Below, piece by piece: positions 1-12,643 of a stretch of 64,000 nt of DNA. The notes under the pieces are model-generated. The model ran no database searches and was not told the DNA's origin. It saw only the letters and a program-made list of their open reading frames with translations. The DNA comes from Octopus sinensis (taxonomy: Eukaryota). The stretch's first letter is position 1. Each line of letters starts with the position of its first letter. Position numbers and translations under genes: made by a program. The stretch covers positions 60,388,001 to 60,452,000 of the forward strand of contig NC_043002.1 of assembly GCF_006345805.1 (NCBI RefSeq). The letters run 5' to 3'.

Positions 1-960
1 CTTCTGCATTAGGTTTATCATCTTCTGTAGTTTCTTCTTCACTATTTATTTGGCGATAAAATTTCCTCTGGTCGGTCTCAAATACGCTGTTCTATTGATA
101 GTGATCGATTATTTTCTCATATATGGAAAGTTTCCTTGCTATTGCTACGATACGCTGTTTCAACTTTTTCATGACTATTCCAAACCCTTTCTCTTTCACG
201 AAATATTTTTTCTCAAGAGAAGATTTAAATCTTATTTTTCTTAACTAGTCCTGTTTTCTGGTTTCTATTCTGCTCAGATCTTGTCTCAAAGTTTTCCCTT
301 TTTCTTTTCTCCTCTTCTACATCTGTTCCTTTCTTCAGAAATACCTATTCCGCAGGTAGCTGCTACCCCACCTGCATAAATCAATAACTTAGTGTCACCT
401 ATATTTTTAGAATCTACCCTATTGATAACAGAATCAACTTGCCAAGAAATATCTAGCAATTTCCTTCCTTCTATTAACACATTTTAATGCTGCTAATTGT
501 TTTCTTCCTTCTGTAATCATTGCTTCCTTCAGCTCATCTAAAATATTCTGATCTTTCTCGCTAAGGTCATTTCTATCAATTTGGATTTTCTGATTGGTTG
601 TGCTATTATATTTTTTCTTATAGGCTCTTCTTTAGCTTAAATACTATCGCTTACGTTGTTTGATTTTTCTATTTGATTTCTCTTATTTAGCTCTCTCGTG
701 ATGTCTTCTACCTCCAGTTCTGTCATCCAGTTTTTTCTCTTCAAAGCATTAGCCTGATCCACTAGTCTCTGCCCTGTTATTTCACACATTCCTTTGTTTT
801 TCTTTACCAAAAGTACTAACATACGTTTTCTGCGACTACTTAATTTGGGTTCGCTTTCCAAGCAGCACTGCCTTACTATCCTGCGTCTTCTCCTGTCCAT
901 TTCCTTCTCGAACCCCTGCTGAGCGAGAGGTTTTCTCTGAAATGTCCACTTCCATTTGTC
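1..960 (-). mobile_element. R4/Dong-like non-LTR retrotransposon, degraded N-terminal ORF region
   Basis: Minus-strand translation gives RRKWT...QCCLESEP..SRRKRML, EITGQRLVDQANALKRKNWMTELEVEDI, LLIYAGGVAA and NSVFETDQRKFYRQ. I recognise these as typical of the N-terminus of REL-endonuclease R4/Dong elements. The frame has stops and frameshifts. Confidence 0.7.
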
Positions 961-1189
961 CTGTTATCACTAGGGATTTTTACTGTAAACTCATGTCTCT
1001 CATAACCTGAAATAAGGCAATATTCGTGTGTGTTTATATTTTGACAGCTTCACAATTCACCTGATATTGTTTTACCTTTCTTATTATCACCATTATTACC
1101 ATCATAATTATACTATTATCACCATCATCATCACTATCATTATTTTCGACATATGATCGTTTCAAATTTCTACTCCATCACTTTCTACA

Positions 1190-1345
1190 CCTGCGTTTTT
1201 CTGAGCTGTGTGTCACCTATATTTTTAGTATCTATCTCATTGATAACAGAATCAACTTGTCTAGAAATATCTAGCAACTTCCTTATATTAACACATTTTA
1301 ATGCTGGTAATCGTTTGTTTCCTTCTGTATTCAATGCTCTTTGAC
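1190..1345 (-). mobile_element. Second short R4/Dong-like fragment, paralogous to ~390-530
   Basis: Shares gtgtcacctatatttttag...ttgataacagaatcaacttg..agaaatatctagcaa with ~391-460. Confidence 0.7.
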
Positions 1346-1353
1346 ATTTTTGT

Positions 1354-1574
1354 GGGGCACATGGCGTAGTGGTTAAGAGCGCGGACTACAAACCCCAAGA
1401 ATCCGAGTTCGATTCCTGGCAGTGACCTGAATAATAATAATAGTAATAACATCGAAAAATACCTTAGGAATGAGAACCCAGGATGAAGGCTAGAGGGTAT
1501 ATCAGCCGAAACGTTATGTTAACAACAAACAAGATGAGGACAAATATCCGTCAAACGTAAATAATATAAATAAT
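1354..1574 (+). mobile_element. tRNA-derived SINE family D (hammerhead-tailed), copy a; 24-nt deletion removes the CTG of the core
   Basis: A box TGGCGTAGTGG (1362-1372), B box GTTCGATTCC (1407-1416), an (AAT)n spacer, a body shared with the copies at 21.3-21.9 kb and 49.2-49.4 kb, and a TAAATAAT tail. Confidence 0.85.
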
Positions 1575-2090
1575 CTGTAGGCATATTTGTAGAATATAAT
1601 TTTCTTACTCTGATGCACTTGTTGGACCAGTGTTCGAATCGCATGGCGAGTAGCTTCATTTAGCCATAAATTCTGCTATAAAGCAAGTGGCAATCAAGCT
1701 ATGCATTGGCTATAAACAAATACACACATACGCACGCACACATCAGATTCTAGGGTTTATACCACAGTAAGGAATAGTGATTATTATTTCCATAATTTAT
1801 AGTCATTTCGTGTGTGTACATTACACCAAGTGTTTTGCATCATTTGTGAATATTATTTTCTGCTTGTTCATTCACTTAATTTACGTGAGTTTTGTACAAT
1901 TTACGAGATCATTCTAAATTTGGGATTTGTGTCATATAACTCTCATGTTTTCGATATTTATGACAAATTTGATAGCCTCTGCAGAGATTATTTATTGGTG
2001 CTACTAGAAATAGATTGTCTGTAAAATACTCAATCAAATTTGCTAAACTAGCGTCGTATACATGTATGCGCATATATGCACATTAATGTG

Positions 2091-2122
<32 letters not shown>

Positions 2123-2384
2123 GGTCTATCTGCTCTTATGGCTGTTGTTTGCATGTACGTTTGTAAGTACTCGTGTGTTTGTACGGACGTATTTTTGCGA
2201 TAAAATGTAAACATGTAGGTGCGTATAAGCGTATAAAAATGTGTGTCGAAACGGAATGAGTATAAGAGGGAGTGAGAGAGTGAGAGAGTGAGAGAGAGAG
2301 TGAGAGAGAGAGAGTGCGAGAGAGAGAGACAAACACAGAGAGCGTGAGAAAGAGAACGGAAGAGAGAAAGGGTGATATAAGGAG

Positions 2385-2700
<316 letters not shown>

Positions 2701-2974
2701 GATACATACATTCATACTTACATACATACACATGCGTTTGTATCTATGTGAGGGTGAGCAGGCCAGTGGTTAGTGTGTTGTGCTCATAATTGTAAGATGG
2801 TCGTTCTGATTCCCCGGGCGAAAATACTGCTGTGTTCATGTTTTTCAGGTTGCTCTGTGATAACTCCGATCCATAAGGAATGGAACACGCTATCTCTGTA
2901 AAGGCAATCTCGATTTGCTAGAGGGAATGAGCTCATGTACAGCACATACCTTTCATCATTATATACCCTTTACT

Positions 2975-3310
2975 TTTTTACTTGTTTCAGTCATTTAACT
3001 GTGGCCACGCTGAAGCACCGCCCTTTTCTTTAGTTGAAAAATCGATCCCAGGACTTATTCTTTGAAAGCCTAGTACTTATTCTATCGTTTTATTTTGCCG
3101 AACCGCTAGATTACGGGGACGTAAACACACCACCATCGGTTGTCAAGCGATGTTGAGAGGACAAACATAGACACACAAACATATACACACATACATATAT
3201 ATTTAGGTTTCCGTTTACCAAATCCATTCACAAGGCTTTGGTCGGTCTGAGGCTATAGTAGAAGACACTCGACCAAGGTGCCACACAGTGGGATTGAACC
3301 TAAAACCATT
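2975..3310 (-). mobile_element. tRNA-derived SINE family B (CORE-like middle)
   Basis: Reverse complement of 3519-3905; reverse strand reads cactgtgtggcaccttggtcgagtgtcttctactatagcc...gactgaaacaagtaaaa. Confidence 0.85.
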
Positions 3311-3409
3311 CTCAAAAATGTTTGCGTAACTCAACACTCATCTGTCGTTTACGAAAAAGAACTATTCCGACACACACACACACACACACACACACATAAA
3401 TTTAATATA

Positions 3410-3905
<496 letters not shown>

Positions 3906-3983
3906 GTATATATATGTGCGTGTGTGTGGTTGGGAACACACACATTCAGTTTTGTATAGCATAATAGTGTTTTAAGGAGAAGA

Positions 3984-4342
3984 GCAATGGCCCAGAGGTT
4001 AGGAAAGCGGACGCACGGCCGTAGGATCGCGGTTTCGACTCCCAAACCGGTCGTTTTGAGTTTTTATTGAGCGAAAACACCTAAAGCTGTGGTGGTGGTG
4101 ATGACCCCCACTGTGCTCTTTCACCACAACTTTCTCTCACTCTCTCTTCCTGTTTCTGTTGTACCTGTATTTAAAAGAGTCAGCCTTGTCACACTCTGTG
4201 TCACGCTGAATCTCCCCGAGAACTACGTTAAGGATACTCGTGTCTGTGGATTGCTCAGCCACTTGCACGCTAATTTCGCGTGCAGGCTATTCCGTTGATC
4301 GGATCAACTGGAACCCTCGTCCTCGTAACGGGCGGAGTGCCA
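3984..4342 (+). mobile_element. tRNA-derived SINE family C
   Basis: A box TGGCCCAGAGG and B box GTTTCGACTCC; body homologous to reverse complement of 50340-50560. Confidence 0.8.
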
Positions 4343-4539
4343 TTATAGTGTTTTAAGTCTCACAGATAGCTTCACCCAGTGTATGTTCACTCATAGTGAG
4401 AGAAGCTAGACTCTTCCAAACTTGTCAACTCAAGATATTCTAGTTCGCTGTGCCGTTTCTGCTCGAATCAGCACTCGCGGACCCTATCATCTAAAAATAC
4501 CTTACAAAATGACTGTCTCTTTGTTATTATCACGATTCC

Positions 4540-5340
4540 AAACGTTCTGTGTCCTTGTTCATCGGGTCTTGTTCGACTGTGGGGATTTTATAGCCATTCC
4601 ATTAACTAGAATGGCTTGATATTCGTCACACATTTTTTTGCTATTATACATACTCCATTGTGTAGGCTGCATCTCTCTTTCGCGATCTCAATAAAATTCA
4701 CGCTTATCGAAGATGGTTGCCATAGAGACTCCCATGCATTTATTTACCATCACTTATGTTTCTTTAACTTTTTCTTTCATTTCCGATCATTTCCGATCAT
4801 TATTCCATCTCCTTCAAAAGCGCAGATCGGCGCAGCACAGTTATCTGATGTTGCTGCTCGTAACCTCTCCCTGGTTTTGTGCTCCAGTAAAACACCTTTT
4901 TGACTTTTACGACATTGAAACACTTAGCACTGAACATACTTACAAGAATGGAATTTTGTGTATTTTCCCGTGTATTTTTGGAGTTGTAACCAGTGTTACC
5001 CTGGGAAAAAATGAAGTAGCAATTCCGGTCTTCACCTCTAGGTCCATCTTTTCTTATTTACCGTTGTGTCTGCTGCCATAATCCACCCTCTTTATTTCTC
5101 CGGCTGTCATGTTTCTTCTGAGCTATAATACACAAGCTGCCTTCATTTTAAAACAAATATCTATTTGGATTTTCTCCTTGCTACACAAAAAAGAGAGTTT
5201 CTCGCATCACATTGTGCACCACCGCATTACCGAGTGTTTGCAACTTTGTATTTCCAGGATGAAGAATTTTGAATGCAGAATGCATAAGTTTCGATTTGTC
5301 GCAAGCTTTGGATCCTTTTTCTTCCTTCTGATATCCTTTT
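4540..5340 (-). mobile_element. Highly degraded Penelope-like (Neptune-type) element, GIY-YIG region
   Basis: Broken minus-strand frames resemble VFQCRK.QK..(Y.G.T)K..RERL and RE.YW.A...MQP..G..N, in the same order as in the intact copy at 12.6-13.6 kb. Very diverged. Confidence 0.35.
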
Positions 5341-6760
5341 AGTGCCTCGTGTTTTTTTGTTTGTTTATTACCTTGAATAACTTTAATATGACGTGTCTTA
5401 ATGTGGTCGATGATGATTGTATGAATATGGGATGCGATGATGTGACAAAGTGTGATCTGTTACCGTGGGTTCTGTGCGCTCGTAGTGTGTGGCTACACAT
5501 TTATGTGGCAATTATCTAGGATACAAATTGTGTAAGTTACAGCAGGGTTGTAGTTTCAGGTTTGGTTTGCGTACGAGTATCTATAATGTGTCTATCAAGA
5601 GAATGCACCAGTTTGAGCGGAAAAAATAAAACAAAGAACAAGAAAAATCATGCCTTGCGCCGTTTATTGATGTTTCAGTACATTCTGAGTTCAAATACAG
5701 TAGTAAAGCACATTGCATTTTGTCCCCTGGTCATAGATAACATAAACTACCAATGAAATAATAGAAAGAATATGTTACGTATTCTCTGAAAATGCATCGT
5801 TTTGTAGCTACTTTAGAAATCAATACAGATACATTTCAAAAGATTTCTTTGTTGTGCTTCCTGTGCTAACGTGTGCGGTTGCCTGATGTCCAGTCATTTT
5901 ACAGGAGGTAAACGCATCTAGATTAGAGGTTTGAATTTCAAATCAAAAGGCAACGGCGACGCATAAAAGATAACCACGAAGCGGTGCCGAAAAATTCCTT
6001 CCTTTAAGGGTAACCTGATAGGCGTGGCTGGGGAGCCAAATTAGTTTCTCAATTCAATCAATCAATCAATCAATGTTTTTATCGTGCAACGCCTGTGCAA
6101 GATTTTTTTAAGTGATGAAAGGCTGTGCACAGAGTCAATCCCATTCACTAAGCAACAGCAGCCATAATCCGAAAAGTCAACATCATCGGTGACCACTGAT
6201 CCGCAGGTTTTATGTCGGAGTTATCCCAGTTACCTGAGTTGCCTTCTCCTAGAAGGATGCCCTAACAAAAGCTAGGGGTCTTTTACACCCAAAGGTTTAA
6301 CCGCGTGATCAGGTATTCAGTCCGATCATTTCTATGTCCCCGCGCATGATACAGCCTTAAGCAGGATAAGATTGATATTAGGAGAAACAAAATAAAGAAA
6401 GAAACATACGATATATATATAAAAAAAAACATTGATATACAAAATATACATAAAATATATGATGTGAAGTATAAAAAAATTAATATAATGAGCAAGCTAT
6501 AAATATATACAATATATAAAAATTAGTGAGAAAAAGGCACATATACAGTAAATATATAATTACACATTTATTGGATGGTCGTTGACTCTGAAGAGTTCCT
6601 CCGCCCTTCGACGGGTTTTGTTTTTCATGCCGCAGGGTGTCCAATAAATACGCTCCTCACCAAGCAAGCTTGGTGGGGTTGCCAGTTTACTCGCCGACGG
6701 CCCGACCATGAAACAGGTTGTACTGGGTTATATGTTTCCAGTAGCACGCAAAAGTGACCT

Positions 6761-6831
<71 letters not shown>

Positions 6832-6949
6832 TATATACATGCATACATATATACACAGACTGTGAAAATATAATGTAGGATATATATAATAATAATGAAA
6901 AAAATATACTTCTCTAAAGAATGCACAGGGCCTGAAATTTGTGGGGCGG

Positions 6950-7106
6950 GGCGGACTAGTCGATTACATCCCCCGCGTTTCACTGGTACTTAATTTATCG
7001 TCCCGCAAAGATAACATGCAAAGTCGACCGCGGCGGAATTTGAACTCAGAACGTGACGGCAGACGAAATACTGCTAAGCATTTCGCCCGGCGTGCTAACG
7101 ATTCTG
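6950..7106 (-). mobile_element. tRNA-derived SINE family A (partial)
   Basis: Matches 9257-9487 (ggtacttaatttatcg..gaatttgaactcagaacg..gacgaaata..catttcgcccggcgtgctaacgattctg). Confidence 0.85.
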
Positions 7107-7184
7107 GAGAAAATGTAATATTCTTTGGAACTTTCCAGTATGTACAGATAGGACCATTAAGGCAAATAAACCAGATATTATTGT

Positions 7185-7480
7185 GAAAGACAAAAGCAAT
7201 AAAATCTGTTTATTGATTGACATGATCATCTTTTGTGACCATTATATCTCGGCAAAAGTATTCGATGAGATCAGAAAATATAAAGATATGCTAATTGAAA
7301 TCGAAAAGATGTAGCATCTCAAGACGGTTACAATACCAGTTATCGTAGGAGCTCTTGGAATGATCAAAATAGGAACTGAAAAATTATTTAAGAATGACCC
7401 CTGACTTACCATCCATGCAGAAAGTGAAAAACATTGTCTTCACTTGTACGTCATACGTATTGAGAGGAACATTGTCGTTG
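7185..7480 (+). mobile_element. R4/Dong-like LINE, restriction-like endonuclease (REL) domain remnant
   Basis: Translates CLLIDMI...KYKDMLIEIEKM*HLKTVTIPVIVGALGMIK, homologous to the REL fragment at 11213-11407. Confidence 0.75.
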
Positions 7481-7729
7481 TGGATTTTCTTTCCTTTCCC
7501 CCAGTTATTTTATTTGTTTACTTTTCTATTTTTTTCCTTGTTCTCTCTGTCTTCCCGGTCTTCTCTATCATATGACTCTGTAAATGACCAATCTGGCCTG
7601 CTTGTTTTAATGGCCTACCGATGTATACAGTACGTTTCTCTGCCCTAGGTATCAGGAAGACACTCGGCAAGAAATGGAAGCATAAACTGTAAAAAATGTT
7701 ATTGAAAATAATAATGATAATGATAATAA

Positions 7730-8095
7730 AAAAAGACGCCGAACGAGGAGCCGGGAAACAAAGGATCGGTTCTCAATTGAAATTCTAATTATCAGGAACT
7801 GCAAGAGAATATACACAAACCTGAACATGGCAGGGGCTGACTATAGTAAAGTATACGATATGATAGCTCACTCCTGGATAATAAAATAATAGAAATGTAT
7901 AGAGTAACAGAAAATATGGAAAGCCTTATATGGAATAGCATGAAATGCTGGAAAACGGAACTGACAGCAGGGAATCAAGTATTAGGAGAGGAGAAGGGTA
8001 TTCCAGGAGAACAGTGTGTCCCCACTGATCTTCGTGCTAGGAATGATACCGTTGAGTGAAATACTACAGAAAAAAAAAGTTGGAGTATGATGATC
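7730..8095 (+). mobile_element. R4/Dong-like LINE, reverse transcriptase remnant
   Basis: Broken frames give NCKR..TNLNMA.ADYSKVYDMIAHSWII, WKTELTAGNQVLG and PLIFVLGMIPLSEIL (RT motifs of this clade). Confidence 0.7.
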
Positions 8096-8599
8096 CATGA
8101 ATGGAATTTAGAAATATTTTAATGAATCCCTGTGCGCAGTCTCTCAATCCATATATTTCTTAGCGTCAGGAGTCTGTATTTTTGGGATGATTACAGTACA
8201 GTCCGTAGTATCCATGGATATCTGTTTGATCATATTGTAGCGATATGGCATTAACATTGGAAATAGCAGATATATAATTGTGGTTTGTTTATCAATTTTG
8301 ATTTGCTAAAAGATTAACTGTGTATGTGAGCAGTGCGGTGTGTATTTGTTGGGGAGAGATAGTATGTGAGAATATATACACAAACTAAATAACAAAAAAT
8401 TCAATTTAATAAAACTGAGTGGGCTTACGGAGAAATCACAGCACACAGTATAATAAACAACGATGAAACGGTGGCAAATAGGAATAATAAAAGCTCTGCA
8501 ATAGGAAAAACGCGTCCAAACAGTGCCATACAAATGGCAGTCCAATCCATTCCTAAGGAAAATGAGAACACCTTAATAGAAGGAAGATGAAATGTGACC

Positions 8600-8930
8600 A
8601 GCACAAATATCTCTGCTTACAGAACCGGGAAAAATAATTCAACATACAACTGCCGACGAAAACAGGAAGGTAAGTTTAGCGACAATTGCATTATAAAGAA
8701 TGTGGTTTACAAAATGTGAAGTGTAGATGTGCACACAGAAATATGTGTATATTGGTGGTACCGGAGACATTCGTAAAAAATCGTCTGCGCAACGTCATTT
8801 TACAATGTAAACAAAAGGCACTCCACATCATTATCTACCTGCATCTGGAAGTTTAAATAAAATGGAGTGGCGCATACGATCCACTGTCCTATAATAGAAA
8901 TTGCTGCACATACAATAAAGCATCGCTGAG
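8600..8930 (+). mobile_element. Degraded Penelope-like (Naiad-type) GIY-YIG remnant
   Basis: Fragments resemble SCL.N.GKIIQ.(H)N, CIIKNVVY.CEV, YIGGTGD.F.NRL and STSLSTCIWK..EWRI; frameshifted. Confidence 0.5.
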
Positions 8931-9256
8931 GTGCAAATTATGTCTAGAGGAAACTCTGAAGATCATCACATCTAGAGTAAAAATGATTAATAGACTCTCA
9001 AAAATAATTTTTCCATGTATGCATATAAGCAAGGTATTATTCTTAGAATTAGAAAAAAAACATTCTGAAACAGAAAAAAATGAAACCACCTTTAGCATAT
9101 AATGGAACAAGAGAAGAACATATATAGAGTTCCGCAAAATTACCACCATTTTTATATGTTGTATCATTATACCACCAAAAGTAATTAAAAGGACATTTTA
9201 ACACAATATCATTTGTCAACTCAGACAATGAAATTGAAAACCGAATTGCAGTACCT

Positions 9257-9487
9257 ATCTCTTTATTACCCACAAGGGGCTAAACACAGAGGGGACAAAC
9301 AAGGACAGACATAGGTATTAAGTCGATTACATCGACCCCAGTGCGTAACTGGTACTTAATTTATCGACCCCTAAAGGATGAAAGGCAAAGTCCACCTCGG
9401 CAGAATTTGAACTCACAACGTAACGACAGACGAAATACGGCTACGCATTTCGCCCGGCGTGCTAACGATTCTGCCAGCTCACCGCCT
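9257..9487 (-). mobile_element. tRNA-derived SINE family A, near full length
   Basis: Minus strand starts ggcggtgagctggcagaatcgttagc (A box) with B box GAGTTCAAATTC; ends ...gtaataaagag. Confidence 0.9.
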
Positions 9488-9987
9488 AGCGAATAGCAGT
9501 ACCTAGTGACCCTACTACATCTGAGTTCATTCAGGTGAAACGCCTGCTGTGATTAAGGTTAAACAAACGAAGTATACTACCATCCTATCATCTGCATACT
9601 CAAATATCAAAATAAGTCTAACTTCACCACACACACCTCCCTCTACTTTATAGCAACCATTCATTTCTCTCTTTCAATCACCTTCTCCTCTCCACCAAAT
9701 ACGCACAGAACCGTCCACATACACGCAACGAAATTTTCATTGATCAAAGTAAATAAAACCTCAGTTATATATCTCCTCTTTTGAACATTAATGTTACATT
9801 GCCTGAAGTAATGAAGGCACGAATACGATCCACCTGATGCCCATGCGTACTCCAGACTGTATTGTAATCATCTCAGGAATACAGATTATGATAATTAGAA
9901 ACATTTGCATTGTGGAAACGCGCACAGCGATGCATTAAAATAAATACAAACTTCATCCATGTATTATTATTATTATTATTATTATTA

Positions 9988-10023
<36 letters not shown>

Positions 10024-10030
10024 CATTATT

Positions 10031-10278
10031 GAGTGAGCACCTATGATGCTCCCCCACTACTTCTGCTCGTGATCAGAGATGCACATATCGTCAGCCACTA
10101 AGGGACATGCTCAACTGGTTACGGTCAAACAACTGACAAGTAAATCTGTGGTATTGAGCAGAATATTTGCTGTAGCCCATCTTTTATACCAAGACAGAAC
10201 AATGTACATGATAACAATTCCAATTAGTTAAGATCAGAAGCCATGAGAGCCACTGCCTGGTACTGCATCAGGGCATTT
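10031..10278 (+). mobile_element. Internally deleted copy of a (TTA)n-flanked repeat
   Basis: Starts gagtgag as at 10303, then jumps to ctatgatgctccccc; nearly identical to ~10622-10860; flanked by (ATT)n on both sides. Confidence 0.85.
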
Positions 10279-10302
10279 ATTATTATTATTATTATTATTA
10301 TT

Positions 10303-10856
10303 GAGTGAGAGAGCAGTGCATGCTATCAAAGTGACACTGGGGTAAAATATACGAAGCCCAATATACCCATCATGACTACCCGTCTGATAAAGGTACACCA
10401 GGGACATGCATCACAACCATATGTGCGCGACATGGTGATCTCATATCAAGATAAACAGCACATGACTTTGCAGGTGGGGCCCAGTTAGAATTTTCTTCAG
10501 GTTGAGTAGCCCATCCCGCTCAAAAGGTCCCTGAATAAGGGTTGTTTAAGGATGTTGAAAGAACCACCCATGTTTCCAGGGGTGAATTATTCAAACCCCA
10601 AAGAATCCCTCTCAACACATGGCTATGATGCTCCCCCACTACTTCTGCTCGTGATCAGAGATGCACATATCGTCAGCCACTAAGGGACATGCTCAACTGG
10701 TTAAGGTCAAACAACTGACAAGCAAATCTGTGGTATTGAGCAGAATATTTGCTGTAGCCCATCTTTTATACCAAGACATAACAATGTACATGATAACACT
10801 TCCAATCAGTTAAGATCAGAAGCCATGAGAGCCACTGCCTGGTACTGCATCAGGGC

Positions 10857-10860
<4 letters not shown>
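10303..10860 (+). mobile_element. 558-bp non-coding repeat embedded in (TTA)n (probable non-autonomous retroelement)
   Basis: Three copies in the window (10031, 10303, 55780); terminal hairpin GCCTG-GTACTGCAT-CAGGGC just before (TTA)n. Orientation is inferred. Confidence 0.75.
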
Positions 10861-10922
<62 letters not shown>

Positions 10923-10983
10923 TATTATTATTATCATTATTATTATTATTATTATTATTATATTATTATTATTATTATTATTG

Positions 10984-11035
<52 letters not shown>

Positions 11036-11037
<2 letters not shown>

Positions 11038-11480
11038 GTTTGACTTTTGCTTTACATTTGCACAAGCTGGCTCCAAGTCTCACCCAGAGACCTCAAGAGA
11101 CTACAAGTTGGAAGTTCATGCTGGTGCCATATATTTGGTTTTATACTTAGTGTTGTACTAGTGAATACCTAAAAAAGCCATACGAAAATTATGTTTGTTT
11201 TAAAACTTGAGATTACATAGAAAGTAATTTGCGTAGGATATGAGCAGTTCCCATGAGCACTATCTTTTGAATTTCTGCCATATTGGGGTTTCCTCGTATC
11301 TGAGTTAGGTAGCAATCAGCCTCTTTTGCTATCATTCCCAGGGCACCTATGACAACAGGTATTGTTTTAGTCTTCAGGTTCCATATTTTGCTGATTTCGA
11401 TTACCACATCTTTATATTTGCTCAGTTCCTGGTAGGTCTTGACAGATACGTTTATATCGATTGGGACATATTATTTCTCA
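11036..11480 (-). mobile_element. R4/Dong-like LINE 3' end (REL domain, 3' UTR, (AAT)n tail)
   Basis: ORF 11213-11407 reads IEISKIWNLKTKTIPVVIGALGMI...IQKIVLMGTAHILRKLLSM*; the 3' UTR runs into (AAT)n at 10860-11035. Confidence 0.85.
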
Positions 11481-11665
11481 TTACCACAGGTTTTGTTAGA
11501 GCGTCTGGAGCCTTGCATGCGTAGCAGACTTACTATATACAACCTACGGTAGCATACTATTCGTTCTTTTCAGCTATGTAGTAATTTCCTCATTATTATG
11601 GCCGTGGCAAGGAGGTAAACCTTTTGTAACATTTTTGCAATCTATTCAATTTTCCTTTATATTTC

Positions 11666-12204
11666 TCAGGGTGTACCGAAAAGTAACCGGAAGCGTTCTA
11701 TGTAGGACAAGTCATTTGTAGTTCAGGCTTCTGCCACTAAAAGCCCCTTGATACGACCGTCAAGCATTAGTCTACTCACCGGCGTTGTCCAATGGGATCA
11801 TTCTTCTACGTCGTGCCTCTTTGTTTTACAGTGTGTCTCCGTAGATTTTTGCGGTGGTTGAAATAATGGAACAGCGTGCTCCGTAGAATTCTGTTTTCCG
11901 CTGGGGAAACCGGTGTCTGAAACATTTCTAATGCTTCAAACAGCTTACAAGGCCGCTGCCAGGAGTAAAACACAAATTTACGAGTGATTTTCACGCTTTA
12001 GTAATGGTCACTTGTAGCTTGATGTCCAACCTCGTTCAAGGTGAACATCGACCTCCGGAAGAAATTAAAACGTCAAGACAAACTTATCTTGGAGGATCGT
12101 CACCGAACAACTGATGAACTTGTTAATATGACCGCTGTGTCCTGGAGCTCCTGTCAACGAATTTTGAGAGCGGGATTGCGACTGAAAAGATTTGCGACTA
12201 AGCA

Positions 12205-12253
<49 letters not shown>

Positions 12254-12640
12254 TAATAATAATAATAATAATAATAACAATAATAACAATAATAAAAATA
12301 ATGGTACAAGAAGGCGTAGAATATATTATTTTCGAAATTCTGTCAAGTTGGCACGTTAGCAACAGAAAACTAGGTCAAAAGCACTTGTGACAAAAGCTGG
12401 TGCTACGGAATTTCCAGAATGTGGAAGAGGGGAAAAAAAAAGATCAACGGACGCGTTGAAAGACATCACTTCGCAAGAGTTCCAGCACTTCATCCAAAAG
12501 TGAATAGTGGAAACGTGTCTGGACAGATTCATTACTTCAAGTTGAGAATATTTTGAAGGCGGTAAAAGTAGTATACACATAAAATCAAGGTAATAAAATA
12601 ATATTGCAAAATTTCTGTTTCGTTTGGGTATCCCCTCATA
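11666..12640 (+). mobile_element. Mariner (Tc1/mariner) remnant with degenerate TIRs and internal deletion
   Basis: N-terminal MEQRA...ETFLMLQTAY...KTQIYE*FSRF and LEDRHRTTDEL...CQRIL; C-terminal LKDITSQEFQ...EYFEG; left end agggtgtaccgaaaagtaaccggaa resembles reverse complement of 12612-12640. Confidence 0.75.
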
Positions 12641-12643
12641 TAT

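Noticed and set aside
1354-1427. Possible tRNA gene
   Set aside because: A and B boxes are present, but acceptor and anticodon stems pair poorly and it continues into a repeated SINE body.
6100-6300. Minus-strand TCTAGGAGAAGGCAACTC resembling an RTE 5' UTR with a possible HDV-like ribozyme
   Set aside because: I could not build P1/P2/P3 pairings by hand; it needs a structure search.
12110-12135. CTGATGA in the mariner
   Set aside because: No stem II or GAAA follows; it is coding sequence (TTDEL).
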